Source of the DNA: a virus
Lineage: Duplodnaviria; Caudoviricetes
Reading direction: 5' to 3' (one strand)
Virus record (IMG/VR): IMGVR_UViG_3300048496_000008
Span: 1 to 39,492 of that record
Length of the DNA: 39,492 nucleotides
The notes beneath the pieces were generated by a model, which worked only from the letters and a program-made list of their open reading frames with translations, searched no databases and was not told the origin of the DNA. Shown piece by piece: positions 1 to 8,526 of the stretch; position 1 is the first letter of the stretch; each line of letters starts with the position of its first letter. The translations under genes and the position numbers were made by a program.

Positions 1-664
1 CGGCGAGGCCTAAAAGTGGCCGGATCTTTGCCCACTGCCCGCGCTCGTGGACGTCACGGACGGCCCAGTCCGGGGGGTGGGCTGGCTTGTGGATCGGTCC
101 GCTTTGCGACGCGAGCACTTTGAGCCAGCAGATCGTTTCGGCCATCATCGATCGGATCTGCGAGGACGGGGCCGGGACGATCCGGGGGGAGTCCTTGGGA
201 CGCTCGATGCCATCGGACAGAGTAGGCGCCTCGTTGATCATGCACAGCACTCCGCCGCGCTGGTAGAGATCGTTGCGCTTGGACAGAGCCAGGATCGCGA
301 AGTCTGCGATCTGGCGCTCGTCGGTGCCGATGATGATCTGCGGGCGCGGATCCTTGCCTAGCGGCACGTCGACGGGGCCGGGGGACAGGACGGTGCGGAC
401 CGCATCGGACACACCATGGCGCCGCAGAACTTGCCGGACACGTAGCCACTGGGCCGGATCCTTTTGTAGCTCACGCAGCGATTCGATGATCGGCTCGCTG
501 ACGGCGGAGGCGATGTCGCGCTTGATCTCCCCATCGATCCAGGCGATCACGTCGTCGGGGGGCGATGGCGGGTGCTCGAATTCGCCGCGCTCGATCGCAT
601 CGATCCCGGCTTGCTCTTCGGGTGTGGGGGGTCGGAATGGATCATCGTCGAATGGATCGGGCAC
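1..664 (-). CDS. N-terminal part of primase-associated-type P-loop helicase (partial; continues at 39492)
   Basis: Not in the ORF track. My translation from GTG 664 is open to base 1: VPDPFDDDPF...PRPQIIIGTDERQIADFAILALSKRNDLYQRGGVLCMI...PPDWAVRDVHERGQWAKIRPLLGLA. The LYQRGG and W..I.PL.G motifs precede the P-loop domain in this family. Confidence 0.8.
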   Translation of the reverse strand, partial: MPDPFDDDPFRPPTPEEQAGIDAIERGEFEHPPSPPDDVIAWIDGEIKRDIASAVSEPIIESLRELQKDPAQWLRVRQVLRRHGVSDAVRTVLSPGPVDVPLGKDPRPQIIIGTDERQIADFAILALSKRNDLYQRGGVLCMINEAPTLSDGIERPKDSPRIVPAPSSQIRSMMAETICWLKVLASQSGPIHKPAHPPDWAVRDVHERGQWAKIRPLLGLA

Positions 665-684
665 GTGAGTGGCTTTCGCGGTGT

Positions 685-780
685 GGGCTGAAAAGGGGCG
701 CTGCGGGCTGTGAGTTGGGATGGGCTTGAAAATGGCGGCTTGTCAAAGATGGTGAGCGGCGGGCTGAAAAAATGGCGGCT
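685..780. repeat. Intergenic direct repeats GGGCT(T)GAAAA(AA)TGGCGGCT
   Basis: gggcttgaaaatggcggct at 722-740, gggctgaaaaaatggcggct at 761-780, partial gggctgaaaa at 685-694. TTGACA lies on the minus strand at 746-741, between the two full copies. Confidence 0.6.
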
Positions 781-852
781 ATCCCCGGGTCCAGCCCGAA
801 CCCCCGACGCACCGCCGCCCCGTGCATCGGATCTCCCCCGCGGACCACACGA

Positions 853-1077
853 CTAGTCGGCGGGGCGAGTATTGTAGGCGATCTCGGCTTCGATCTGGGC
901 TTCGGCGAGATAGAGCGTGCGGCTGGTGCGAAATAGGGTGTGATCGGCGGCGAGACAGCACCAGTACCACCACCCAGACGGTCCGCGCTCGATCATTGCG
1001 ACATATTTTGATCTGACCCACCCACGATACCAGCCCGGCTTGGCTCGGCGCCATTTGATCTGCGTGGGGTGGGTCAT
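853..1077 (-). CDS. Hypothetical protein (74 aa, Trp-rich)
   Basis: ORF in the closely packed minus-strand early gene string. Confidence 0.6.
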   Translation of the reverse strand: MTHPTQIKWRRAKPGWYRGWVRSKYVAMIERGPSGWWYWCCLAADHTLFRTSRTLYLAEAQIEAEIAYNTRPAD

Positions 1078-1083
1078 CGCGGG

Positions 1084-1485
1084 TTACTCCGGGTCGTTTA
1101 TGATCCTTGGAAGACGGTCGCGCAGGGCGTCGGCCTTGTCCCACCACGCGCTGTTGCTGGCCGGCACGTCACGGCCGCCCACCTGGTCCAGCAGATCCGC
1201 CAGTTCGGCAATAAACGCGGGATCGAATGCAGCGATATGGCGGGCCGTGTATGTGTCGGACGGATCACACCCGTCGACGTCGGTATCGCAGATATAGCCG
1301 CCTGCGCCGACAACGGCGTACCCAACGCCAGGAGCCACACTCAAAGGGCCTTCCGTCTCACCAACGCAGCAACGTCCCATGCTGTCCTGGTATTCGCCGT
1401 GTTTCCAGCAATCACCCCATTCGGCCGCAGCTTTGGCCAGAGCGCGCATGCGGTTGGGCAGTGTGTCGGTCGACGATTTAGTCAC
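1084..1485 (-). CDS. Ead/Ea22-like phage protein
   Basis: RMRALAKAA...W start and ARHIAAFDPAFIAELAD motif; GTGA overlap with the upstream gene. Confidence 0.6.
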   Translation of the reverse strand: MTKSSTDTLPNRMRALAKAAAEWGDCWKHGEYQDSMGRCCVGETEGPLSVAPGVGYAVVGAGGYICDTDVDGCDPSDTYTARHIAAFDPAFIAELADLLDQVGGRDVPASNSAWWDKADALRDRLPRIINDPE

Positions 1486-1907
1486 TGGTCCCGTTCCTTC
1501 CGTGCGGCAGCGTGGGCGGCGACCGGGCAGTCCGATTCGTGCTCGGGTTCTTCGTCTTCAAACCACCAGCCAGTGGTGCAGAGCCGACACGTGACGATCC
1601 CTCGCGTTCCTTCGGACAGGTCGATCGCGCCGCGTTTCAGACAGCCCTCCGCCAGCCGGTCGGCCAGGGCGCGCTCGCGGTCGCGTTCAGACTCGGCCTC
1701 CTCTCGCATCGCGTCAGCCTTCATCAGTTCGTCGACATGGTAGCTATCGCGTAGCAGCGCATCCTTTTGGGCTTGCAGTCGGTCCCGCTCCGCCTCGGCC
1801 TTCTCAGCGCGGGCGATGGCGGCGTCGCGTTCTGACAACAAGTTGTGACTGCGGGACATCATTTTCCACGCTGGGACCGTTGAGCCGCAGTGCCAGCACT
1901 CACCCAT
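1482..1907 (-). CDS. Hypothetical coiled-coil protein with CxxC motifs
   Basis: ATG 1907 after GAGGAGG; CWHC, coiled coil, CRLC...HESDCP. Confidence 0.65.
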   Translation of the reverse strand: MGECWHCGSTVPAWKMMSRSHNLLSERDAAIARAEKAEAERDRLQAQKDALLRDSYHVDELMKADAMREEAESERDRERALADRLAEGCLKRGAIDLSEGTRGIVTCRLCTTGWWFEDEEPEHESDCPVAAHAAARKERDQ

Positions 1908-2166
1908 CGCGCCCCTCCTCGCCCTTGGTGCGGTTGCGATACTCCGATGCGAGGCCGTCCAGATGGTCAAGATCGGCGCCGAAGCTCCGCCACCCGGTCA
2001 GTTCGACGGCGCGGATCTGGTCGCGGCCGTATGTGCCGCGCACTTGCGCAAGGCGCAGTAAGAACTCGTGAATGGCGGAGCCGTAGTGGCCTGGTAGCGG
2101 GTTCTCATCTACGTCTGGCGTTGTGTTGCCTGGCAGTCGGGTCGCTCTGCGTTGGTGGTCACTCAC
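1900..2166 (-). CDS. Hypothetical protein
   Basis: 88 aa ORF overlapping both neighbours. Confidence 0.55.
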   Translation of the reverse strand: MSDHQRRATRLPGNTTPDVDENPLPGHYGSAIHEFLLRLAQVRGTYGRDQIRAVELTGWRSFGADLDHLDGLASEYRNRTKGEEGRDG

Positions 2167-2456
2167 GTCGGTCTCACTTTCGCGGGGGATGGATCCTCCT
2201 CGCCCTTGGTGTGGTCGCCGCGCTCGATGGCGTCCAGGAACCGACCGACCATCGCCTGTAGCCGGTGATCGTCGCGATGGCGGGTGAGTTGCTGGCGACC
2301 GAACGCCACGATCCGCGCCCGCTCGTGCGCTTCGCCGACCGGTTCGCCGTGGAGCTGGCCGGCGATGTGGACGTTGTCCAGGTCGGTTTCAAACTCTCCG
2401 CGTGTGTCGGTGTACTCCCTCGCCGCGCGCTCGCGTTGTTCGTCGTCAGTCGGCAT
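2163..2456 (-). CDS. Hypothetical protein
   Basis: MPTDDEQRERAARE...; ATG 2456 after GGGAG. Confidence 0.55.
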   Translation of the reverse strand: MPTDDEQRERAAREYTDTRGEFETDLDNVHIAGQLHGEPVGEAHERARIVAFGRQQLTRHRDDHRLQAMVGRFLDAIERGDHTKGEEDPSPAKVRPT

Positions 2457-2628
2457 GAAGATCTCGCTCCCGTTCTGTCCACGTTGCGCAATGGACGAGT
2501 GCCCGCCTTGTCTCATCCAGCACATCGAGAACGGAAGCTAAATCATTGCGCTGGACTAGGGTCTTTCCACTCTTGCCGGATGCGGCGGCCCGCAGTCTAT
2601 CCTCGGCATGTTTATTTTCAGCCCCCAT
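2446..2628 (-). CDS. Hypothetical protein (60 aa)
   Basis: MGAENKHAEDRLRAAA...; ATG 2628 after GGAGGGAG. Confidence 0.5.
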   Translation of the reverse strand: MGAENKHAEDRLRAAASGKSGKTLVQRNDLASVLDVLDETRRALVHCATWTERERDLHAD

Positions 2629-2986
2629 CGCTCCCCTCCCCTCGCAGTGCGGCGGTGCGGTCGAGCCAGGCGCGGGCGCGGTCCTTATAGCCGCCTTCCA
2701 TCGCCGATTGGACCACAAAACCGACAAATGACGCCGCCTCCCGCAGCGCCTCGACGGCTGCGTCCCTCTCCTCGCAGGCTTGGCGGTAGCCCGGGTGTGC
2801 GTCGTAGTGGGCCCAGCATGCAGCGACAACCTGCTCGCGGGTATAGTCCGTGTTGTCGTCGGTGTTCGCGTCACCCAACGCCGACCAGCGCCAACTCCCG
2901 CCGGGCGGCCTCTCTGGGTCGCCTGGAATGTCGTAGAAGTCCCAGACCTCGTACCCCGGCGGCGGCTTGCTGCGGTCCTGGCTCAC
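2618..2986 (-). CDS. Hypothetical protein
   Basis: GTG 2986 overlaps the XRE gene stop (GTGA), with GGAGG upstream. Confidence 0.55.
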   Translation of the reverse strand: MSQDRSKPPPGYEVWDFYDIPGDPERPPGGSWRWSALGDANTDDNTDYTREQVVAACWAHYDAHPGYRQACEERDAAVEALREAASFVGFVVQSAMEGGYKDRARAWLDRTAALRGEGSDGG

Positions 2987-3228
2987 ACTTCCACCTCCCC
3001 AACCCGCGGCAGCAGATCGCCGGGCTGCACTTCGAGCGCAGTCGCGACCATGTACAACATCTGTATCGACGGACAATGCCAGCCGTGCTCAAGTCGGCAG
3101 ATATGCCCGCTATTGCAGAGGCACTCATCGGCCACGTCCGCCATGGTCAGGCCCAAGGCGGTGCGGCGCGCCCGGATCTTGCGGCCGATGTGTTCGGCCA
3201 TTTCGGGAATGTAGGTGGCGCGGCTCAT
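2983..3228 (-). CDS. XRE/Cro-C1 family helix-turn-helix regulator
   Basis: IGRKIRARRTALGLTMADVAD...SGHICRLEHG...PSIQMLYMVATALEV...DLL. Confidence 0.9.
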   Translation of the reverse strand: MSRATYIPEMAEHIGRKIRARRTALGLTMADVADECLCNSGHICRLEHGWHCPSIQMLYMVATALEVQPGDLLPRVGEVEV

Positions 3229-4037
3229 AGCAGAGACCCCTGCTTGGGTTTCGTCACAGCCCGCGGCAATAGCTCCATCTGCTCCCGCGTCGCCCGCAGC
3301 CGCTTGACCGCCACGGCGAAGAACTCGGGGTCCTTCTCCCAGCCTATGAACCTGCGACCGAGACGGATCGCTGCTACGCCAGTGGTGCCGGAGCCGGCGA
3401 AGGGGTCGCAGACGAGATCGGCGGGGTCTGTGAAGTCTCGGATGAGGGATTCCATTAGGGCGAGGGGCTTCTGGGTGGGGTGTAGTCGGGGAGACTGACC
3501 GCCGCGATTGATCACAACCGGATGATCCCAGGCCGCTTGCTTGCCTCCGCCATTCCAGCCAGATTTCTTACACGCGATCTCGATGGCCTCGAAGGCTTGC
3601 GCGGGACCTAGACCGGTGAAGCGAGGAGCACCGTTGAGTCTGCGCCACATGCCGACGCAATAATGCTTGAGGCCGAACCGTTCTAGCTCGTATTGCCAAG
3701 CAGATGCGCCCTCTGCATCGCAGAATACCAGCGACCAGCGGACCACTCGCTCGGCGATGAGCTGCGAAATATCCCGACGCAGCCACTCGGTCAGATGTGT
3801 GAATCCCAGATCCGTCTGACGCCGTGTAGCAGACGCGCCGCGCCCACCATCTCGATCGACCGCCGCCGTTGCGATCATTGAATCGCGACCAGACGATCGC
3901 GCGCTGATGTGGACGTGCTCGGAGTAGGGCGGATCCGCAATTACATGGTCCACTGCATCCAGCGACGCCAGGCCGTTCTCGGGGTCGAGGCAATCAGAGC
4001 AGCGCAGTTCCCAGCCCGGGCCGGTTTCGATCACCAC
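3225..4037 (-). CDS. N6-adenine/N4-cytosine DNA methyltransferase, beta class
   Basis: DPPY near the N-terminus, HPTQKP, then DPFAGSGTT...GRRFIGWE near the C-terminus. Confidence 0.92.
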   Translation of the reverse strand: MVIETGPGWELRCSDCLDPENGLASLDAVDHVIADPPYSEHVHISARSSGRDSMIATAAVDRDGGRGASATRRQTDLGFTHLTEWLRRDISQLIAERVVRWSLVFCDAEGASAWQYELERFGLKHYCVGMWRRLNGAPRFTGLGPAQAFEAIEIACKKSGWNGGGKQAAWDHPVVINRGGQSPRLHPTQKPLALMESLIRDFTDPADLVCDPFAGSGTTGVAAIRLGRRFIGWEKDPEFFAVAVKRLRATREQMELLPRAVTKPKQGSLL

Positions 4038-4237
4038 ACACCTCGCGCACCGACCGAGCAGACCGGGCAGCCGTAGCCACTACTGCGACCGCGCGGCCCG
4101 AGATAGCCATGCTCGCATGGGGCCCGGTCGTCCCGATACTCCTGGGCGTGATCGTTACACATCGGTTCGTCCTCGTGCGTCCAGTCGTGCCAGATCCTAC
4201 AAGTCGCCGGCTTGCTGCACTTGTGGCATTCGATCAT
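4031..4237 (-). CDS. Small Cys/His-rich putative Zn-binding protein
   Basis: CHKC, MCNDH, CEHG, CPVC in 68 aa. Confidence 0.55.
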   Translation of the reverse strand: MIECHKCSKPATCRIWHDWTHEDEPMCNDHAQEYRDDRAPCEHGYLGPRGRSSGYGCPVCSVGARGVW

Positions 4238-4836
4238 GGCGCTACCTCCCCCGCAATCTCATACAACCGCACCAGATGCTCCTCGACCATCCGCGGGTAC
4301 CGGGTCGCCCGATCACACCGCCCGGCGTTGTACATCCGCAGCCCCTTGTGCGTCTCGCCGCCGCACTTGACGATCGCACTGCGCAGGATCCTCGCGGCCA
4401 GATCGACCACCTCGCGCTGACACGCCCCAACGATCTTACGGCACCGCTCGCGATACTTCGGATCGGCCAGAAACCGCAGCCGGCTCGCGTCCCTGCGCTT
4501 GGGGTGGAGCTGCAAGATCCCGATCTCACCGGCGCCGCCCTCAGCGAACGGATTTAGCCCGGACTCTTTGATCGCCATCGCAGCGAGCAGCCAGGGCGAT
4601 ACCCCAGTCTCGCGGCCCGCTTCGACGAGGTAGCCCGCGAATGCTTCGACCCGCGCGCGGCAACCCTTCGGCGCGCGGCGGCAGTGGGCGACCTGGACCG
4701 GGCGATCGCGGTTGATCGTGGACGCGTAGGTGAGTCGTCGCTCCAACGTGCGCGCGAGCAAGTCCGGATCGTAGCGGGGCGGATCGGGCGGATCGATTGG
4801 CGACGATAGGATCATGGCTAGGACCAGAGTGAACAT
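4234..4836 (-). CDS. Lytic transglycosylase (SLT domain) with N-terminal hydrophobic signal
   Basis: LLAAMAIKESGLNP (catalytic Glu), GEIGILQL, MYNAG; begins MFTLVLAMILSSP. Confidence 0.85.
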   Translation of the reverse strand: MFTLVLAMILSSPIDPPDPPRYDPDLLARTLERRLTYASTINRDRPVQVAHCRRAPKGCRARVEAFAGYLVEAGRETGVSPWLLAAMAIKESGLNPFAEGGAGEIGILQLHPKRRDASRLRFLADPKYRERCRKIVGACQREVVDLAARILRSAIVKCGGETHKGLRMYNAGRCDRATRYPRMVEEHLVRLYEIAGEVAP

Positions 4837-4875
4837 GTGAGCCATTGTAGCGTGAGCAGTGCGGCGCAGAGGGCT
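4837..4875 (-). promoter_or_regulatory. Putative leaderless promoter of the SLT gene
   Basis: TACAAT (4849-4844) ends 7 nt before ATG 4836; no SD sequence and no clear -35. Confidence 0.4.
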
Positions 4876-4916
4876 GCTAGGAGTAGGGTTAGGATCGATG
4901 CGGCTCGGGGCAACGA

Positions 4917-5429
4917 TCAGATCTCCCGGGCGTTGTCGACGTCGTAGCCGCGTGCCGATGCTTCGGCCTCCCATGCGGCGGCGACAGTTTCGTATGATGG
5001 AGCGTTGGGGGTTAGCACGCCCTCGAATGCGTCTGAGATCGCGGTTAGCGTCGCATAGATCTGCGATGCCCAAACGCGGCGTCGGCCGATCGTGTCAGCG
5101 AGATCGAAACCGAGGCGCTGAACTACGCCGAGGAGAAATTCTGCAGTCGCTGGATTCTTGATTTCGTCCGGGTCAACCCCTCCCTCTCCCATGGCCAACG
5201 CACCCCAACCCACAAGGCAGGCGTGCGTGTCACAGTCATAGATGACGCGCTTTCGGAGCGATGGCGACATTTCTCCCTGCTCGACTGCGAGATCTTCATC
5301 GTCTGTGAGGGACTCTAGTTCTAGCCAGCTATTCCGCCTGAAGTCCTCGGCGGTCGGCAAAATCATGTGACGTGGCCACTTCGCTCGTTTCATATCTCTA
5401 CACTCCCAGCGCTTTCGTCCCGCGCTCAT
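4917..5429 (-). CDS. Hypothetical protein
   Basis: 170 aa ORF with CDTHACLVGW motif; start may be the second Met. Confidence 0.6.
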   Translation of the reverse strand: MSAGRKRWECRDMKRAKWPRHMILPTAEDFRRNSWLELESLTDDEDLAVEQGEMSPSLRKRVIYDCDTHACLVGWGALAMGEGGVDPDEIKNPATAEFLLGVVQRLGFDLADTIGRRRVWASQIYATLTAISDAFEGVLTPNAPSYETVAAAWEAEASARGYDVDNAREI

Positions 5430-5574
5430 CCGTGTTGCTGTTCTCGGTTTCCTCAGGCGGATCGATCCGGTCCAGCTCCTCGGCGATGGCCGTGGCGATC
5501 GCTTGCAGTTTGGTCCGGTTGGATAGCAGCTCCTCGATCCGTTCGTAGATCCGTTGCGCTCGGTCGCCGCTCAT
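5398..5574 (-). CDS. Hypothetical protein (58 aa)
   Basis: ATGA overlap with the upstream gene; helical MSGDRAQRIYERIEELL... Confidence 0.55.
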   Translation of the reverse strand: MSGDRAQRIYERIEELLSNRTKLQAIATAIAEELDRIDPPEETENSNTDERGTKALGV

Positions 5575-6485
5575 CCCAACGCCCCCCGAAGCTTTTCGTT
5601 GCCGGAGCCTGTCTGCGCCTGTACCTCTCCAGCCTCGGCCGGCGGATGCCATTCCTCTTGCACTGCGGCCTGCTCCTCATCCGTTTCGTCGTCAGCAGCC
5701 GGCAGTGAAATCAGATCGCGATAGTCATCCGACACGCCTATCTGCTTTCGCATCTGCGCCGATGCCAAGGCCCGACGCTGTGCCGCTTCGATGTCCGCAG
5801 CATGTAGCTCGATGTGAGTGCAGTAGACTGTGCTGCGACGATCAGGAATCGCAACCGGCTCCAGACACAACACCAGCGGCAAACCCTGCAGGCAGCCCAC
5901 GGTCTGGATGATTTGCCGTAGCGATCCGATCATGCGCTGAATCGTGATGATGCTGGTAGTGCGGAACCGGTACACCGCACCAGCGACCGCGTGACCAGGC
6001 GCAGCGATCGAACAGTGCAGCACGGCGTGTGGGCGACAGATTGGCAGCTTTTTGTCTGCGGCGTCACGATCCTCATAAGGGATGAGGTAGTTGCACTTGC
6101 AAGCGACCTCTTTGCTTTCGCCAGTTCTGCGACCGTCGCGGATCTCCCACCGCATGGCCTCGCGACCGTTGCCACGGCAATGCAATTTCTTTCCGGCGTA
6201 ACAGGCATAGGCAGACGGAAACACCTCCTCGATCTCGTCGCTGTGCAGATAGATCGGGATCCTGGTGAGCTTGTCATTCTCATCCCGATCCAGCGCAGCC
6301 ATTAGGATCTCATCGGGGATCAAGTCGCCCTCGGGTGTACGTTCATTGCTGGTGGTGATCACAAAATGATCGTACTTGACCGGAAGGCGGTAGCTGCCAC
6401 CTCCCCGCTTTTCGCGAGTCTCGCCAAGCCCGCCGATCTTGATCTTGCCAGCCTCGGCGAGTGTAGGCAGTAAATCGTAGATCAT
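5571..6485 (-). CDS. Gp3-like / recombination directionality factor-like protein
   Basis: L.E.GKIKIG...LPVKYDHFVIT, Y.CY.G..LHCRGNG, CKC, CRPHAVL, G.VYRFRTTS motifs recalled for the phiC31 gp3-like family. Confidence 0.7.
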   Translation of the reverse strand: MIYDLLPTLAEAGKIKIGGLGETREKRGGGSYRLPVKYDHFVITTSNERTPEGDLIPDEILMAALDRDENDKLTRIPIYLHSDEIEEVFPSAYACYAGKKLHCRGNGREAMRWEIRDGRRTGESKEVACKCNYLIPYEDRDAADKKLPICRPHAVLHCSIAAPGHAVAGAVYRFRTTSIITIQRMIGSLRQIIQTVGCLQGLPLVLCLEPVAIPDRRSTVYCTHIELHAADIEAAQRRALASAQMRKQIGVSDDYRDLISLPAADDETDEEQAAVQEEWHPPAEAGEVQAQTGSGNEKLRGALG

Positions 6486-6754
6486 GCCTGTTTTCCTTTC
6501 TTCAACGGCGCCTGTCTCGCCTTCTTCCCCCGAAACAGCCCGGCCGATGTCTCGCTTTCGATCTGGGGCGGCTCGCCATTGAGCGCCGCGGCCATATTCG
6601 CCGCGTTCGTTTTGATCTCCAGCACGGCGATCTCGGTCAGCTCCTCGCGGTCACGATGTAGCGCCTGATCTTGCGCATTTTTTCGCGCTGAGATCTCGCG
6701 GCCGAAATAGATCGGGCCCTTGCCGTCCATGCCTGCAACTCTGTAAACGATCAT
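6482..6754 (-). CDS. Hypothetical protein (90 aa)
   Basis: ATGA overlaps on both sides. Confidence 0.6.
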   Translation of the reverse strand: MIVYRVAGMDGKGPIYFGREISARKNAQDQALHRDREELTEIAVLEIKTNAANMAAALNGEPPQIESETSAGLFRGKKARQAPLKKGKQA

Positions 6755-7713
6755 TCGGTTTCGTCCTCTTTGGGCTCGCGGATGGTCACACGCAACGATC
6801 GGGAGCCTGGCGATACGCGGGTGTGGTTTTGGATCAGCTCGTCGGGAACCTTCGCGGCCGCAGCGATCGCTTGCCAATCGACTCGCGTCCGATCCTTCGT
6901 GTTGCGGTAGGTCACGGAAAACCGCTCATCGCTCGCGCCGTCATGCTCGGCTAGCAATTCCTGTAGCTTCGCTTTGGCTAGCTTCTGCTGGGTCTCGTGG
7001 ACCTTGACCAGCAAGCGGGCCTCGTTGTACTCGCGCGCCCACGCATGGATCGCATTGACGGCCTCTGGGTCGTCCACCGCGGGCCGGCTCGCTGTGGGGT
7101 AGAGCTTGGCGAGCCAGTCCGAATCGTTCGCCGTGGCCTCGGGCCGCTCGCCTTTGACGATGTGGCGCTGGTGCCACGTACCGAGGCGGTCGACCAGCGA
7201 GCTAGCGATCTGCTCGTCGCGGTCGACCCAGTAGAGCCGGAACGAAAAATCGAACCCGCCGATCAGGACCGGCACGACGCAGCGCGAGCACTCGGGCCAG
7301 CACAGTAGATGCACGTGGGACTGGATCAGCACGTGGGTCGGGATCTGGTCCGTTCCGTCCTCGCCGTAGTCTTTGGCCATTCCCATGCCAACGGATTTAG
7401 CCTCTGCGGCATATTTCCTGCCGTTGCCGCTGAGGATTCCGTCTGTGCTCGCACCGAGCCAGCCGTGCTCAGGATGGGCGCGAAAGCCCGGGGTGGACAG
7501 ATCCATCTCCAGCTTATCGGCAGCCCAGCTCAGGATCGGATCCTCCAGCCGTCTGCCGCGCTCCTGATCTTTGTTGTCGGGCTCCCGCTCGTCTTGGCCA
7601 AGGATGTGGCTCCACGCTTTTATTGGTGAGAGTCGTGGCGCCAAGCCGAGGCACGCCGCGGCGGTGCTGGAGGTGATCCGGCCGATGCGGTCCGGGGATA
7701 GGTGGGCGGTCAT
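6751..7713 (-). CDS. YqaJ-like viral recombinase / lambda-exonuclease family
   Basis: RITSSTAAACLG, RGRRLEDPI, HPEHGWLGASTDG, EAKS, IQ motifs; ATG 7713 after AAGGA. Confidence 0.9.
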   Translation of the reverse strand: MTAHLSPDRIGRITSSTAAACLGLAPRLSPIKAWSHILGQDEREPDNKDQERGRRLEDPILSWAADKLEMDLSTPGFRAHPEHGWLGASTDGILSGNGRKYAAEAKSVGMGMAKDYGEDGTDQIPTHVLIQSHVHLLCWPECSRCVVPVLIGGFDFSFRLYWVDRDEQIASSLVDRLGTWHQRHIVKGERPEATANDSDWLAKLYPTASRPAVDDPEAVNAIHAWAREYNEARLLVKVHETQQKLAKAKLQELLAEHDGASDERFSVTYRNTKDRTRVDWQAIAAAAKVPDELIQNHTRVSPGSRSLRVTIREPKEDETE

Positions 7714-7994
7714 GATTCCTTTGCCTTCCTTCGCAGCCATTCTGTCGGGGTCTCGCCATCGCGAGCAGCTATGAGCGATCGTAGTTTCCCCTCGGCATCC
7801 TCCATGTTGACGCCGCTGATCTCCAATAGCTTTGTCCAGAATCTAGCCTGCTCACGCAGTTGCATCGTGATTCTCATCATTGTTTCGATTTGCTCTGGGG
7901 TGACTGCATCGCCGATGTTCCGCTCTAGTTCAGTGGCGTCGATCGCAACCTGCATCAGCGCTGCGGCTGTAGAGATCCTAGATTCGCCTACCAT
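7710..7994 (-). CDS. Hypothetical protein
   Basis: 94 aa coupled ORF. Confidence 0.6.
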   Translation of the reverse strand: MVGESRISTAAALMQVAIDATELERNIGDAVTPEQIETMMRITMQLREQARFWTKLLEISGVNMEDAEGKLRSLIAARDGETPTEWLRRKAKES

Positions 7995-8209
7995 TTCAAA
8001 GCCTCCCCAACGAACGCGCCGCGCTCAGCAATCGCATCCTGCTCGCTCCGATAGCACCCGTCACACAGGATCAGACCGTCGCCGATGCTCGGATGATATG
8101 CGCCCGATCTATCACCGCACGCACCGCACCGCGGCGGTTTGAATTCTGGATCGTCCTCCGGGTTGCACTTGTAGCAGCCGGGGCAGTCGTGTGCGTAGTC
8201 TGATTTCAT
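7988..8209 (-). CDS. Small Cys-rich putative Zn-finger protein
   Basis: HDCPGCYKC, CGAC, CDGC; ATG 8209 after GGAGG. Confidence 0.6.
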   Translation of the reverse strand: MKSDYAHDCPGCYKCNPEDDPEFKPPRCGACGDRSGAYHPSIGDGLILCDGCYRSEQDAIAERGAFVGEALKW

Positions 8210-8526
8210 GGCTTGGATTCCTCCAGGATTGCCGCGACGGCGCGGCCGAGGGGAGACGGGCTTGGTACGTCCATTCGTCGCTTGCTCGACCACGCGAGCG
8301 TGACTAGTCGCATGCGTTTGAACTGTTCGTAATGCTGGAACTCGCCGGGATAGGTCGGTCCTCCGGCAACGATGCGAACGAGCACGCGCGGATCCGCGCC
8401 GGTCCATGAGTCGTCACTCAACCCCGCCGCAATCTCCCGCGCCTTGAACGCCAGCTCCACGTCCCCATTCCGCTCGGCTGCGTTGACCGTTTCGGTCCAG
8501 TCGGTGTCTAGTTTCGAGCGGGTCAC
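8206..8526 (-). CDS. Hypothetical protein
   Basis: 106 aa coupled ORF. Confidence 0.6.
   Translation of the reverse strand: MTRSKLDTDWTETVNAAERNGDVELAFKAREIAAGLSDDSWTGADPRVLVRIVAGGPTYPGEFQHYEQFKRMRLVTLAWSSKRRMDVPSPSPLGRAVAAILEESKP

Noticed and set aside
685-780. Mini CRISPR array
   Set aside because: Only two imperfect ~19-bp copies and a fragment, a ~20-bp spacer, and no cas genes
2983-3228. XRE protein as a CI-type lysogeny repressor
   Set aside because: It lies mid-operon, is not at the divergent promoter, has no peptidase domain, and no integrase is present
3225-4037. Restriction-modification system
   Set aside because: No adjacent endonuclease; the methyltransferase looks like an orphan
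4880-4888. GGAGTAGGG shared with 38258-38266
   Set aside because: Only 9 bp, and it also occurs inside the MTase coding sequence (3921); could be chance
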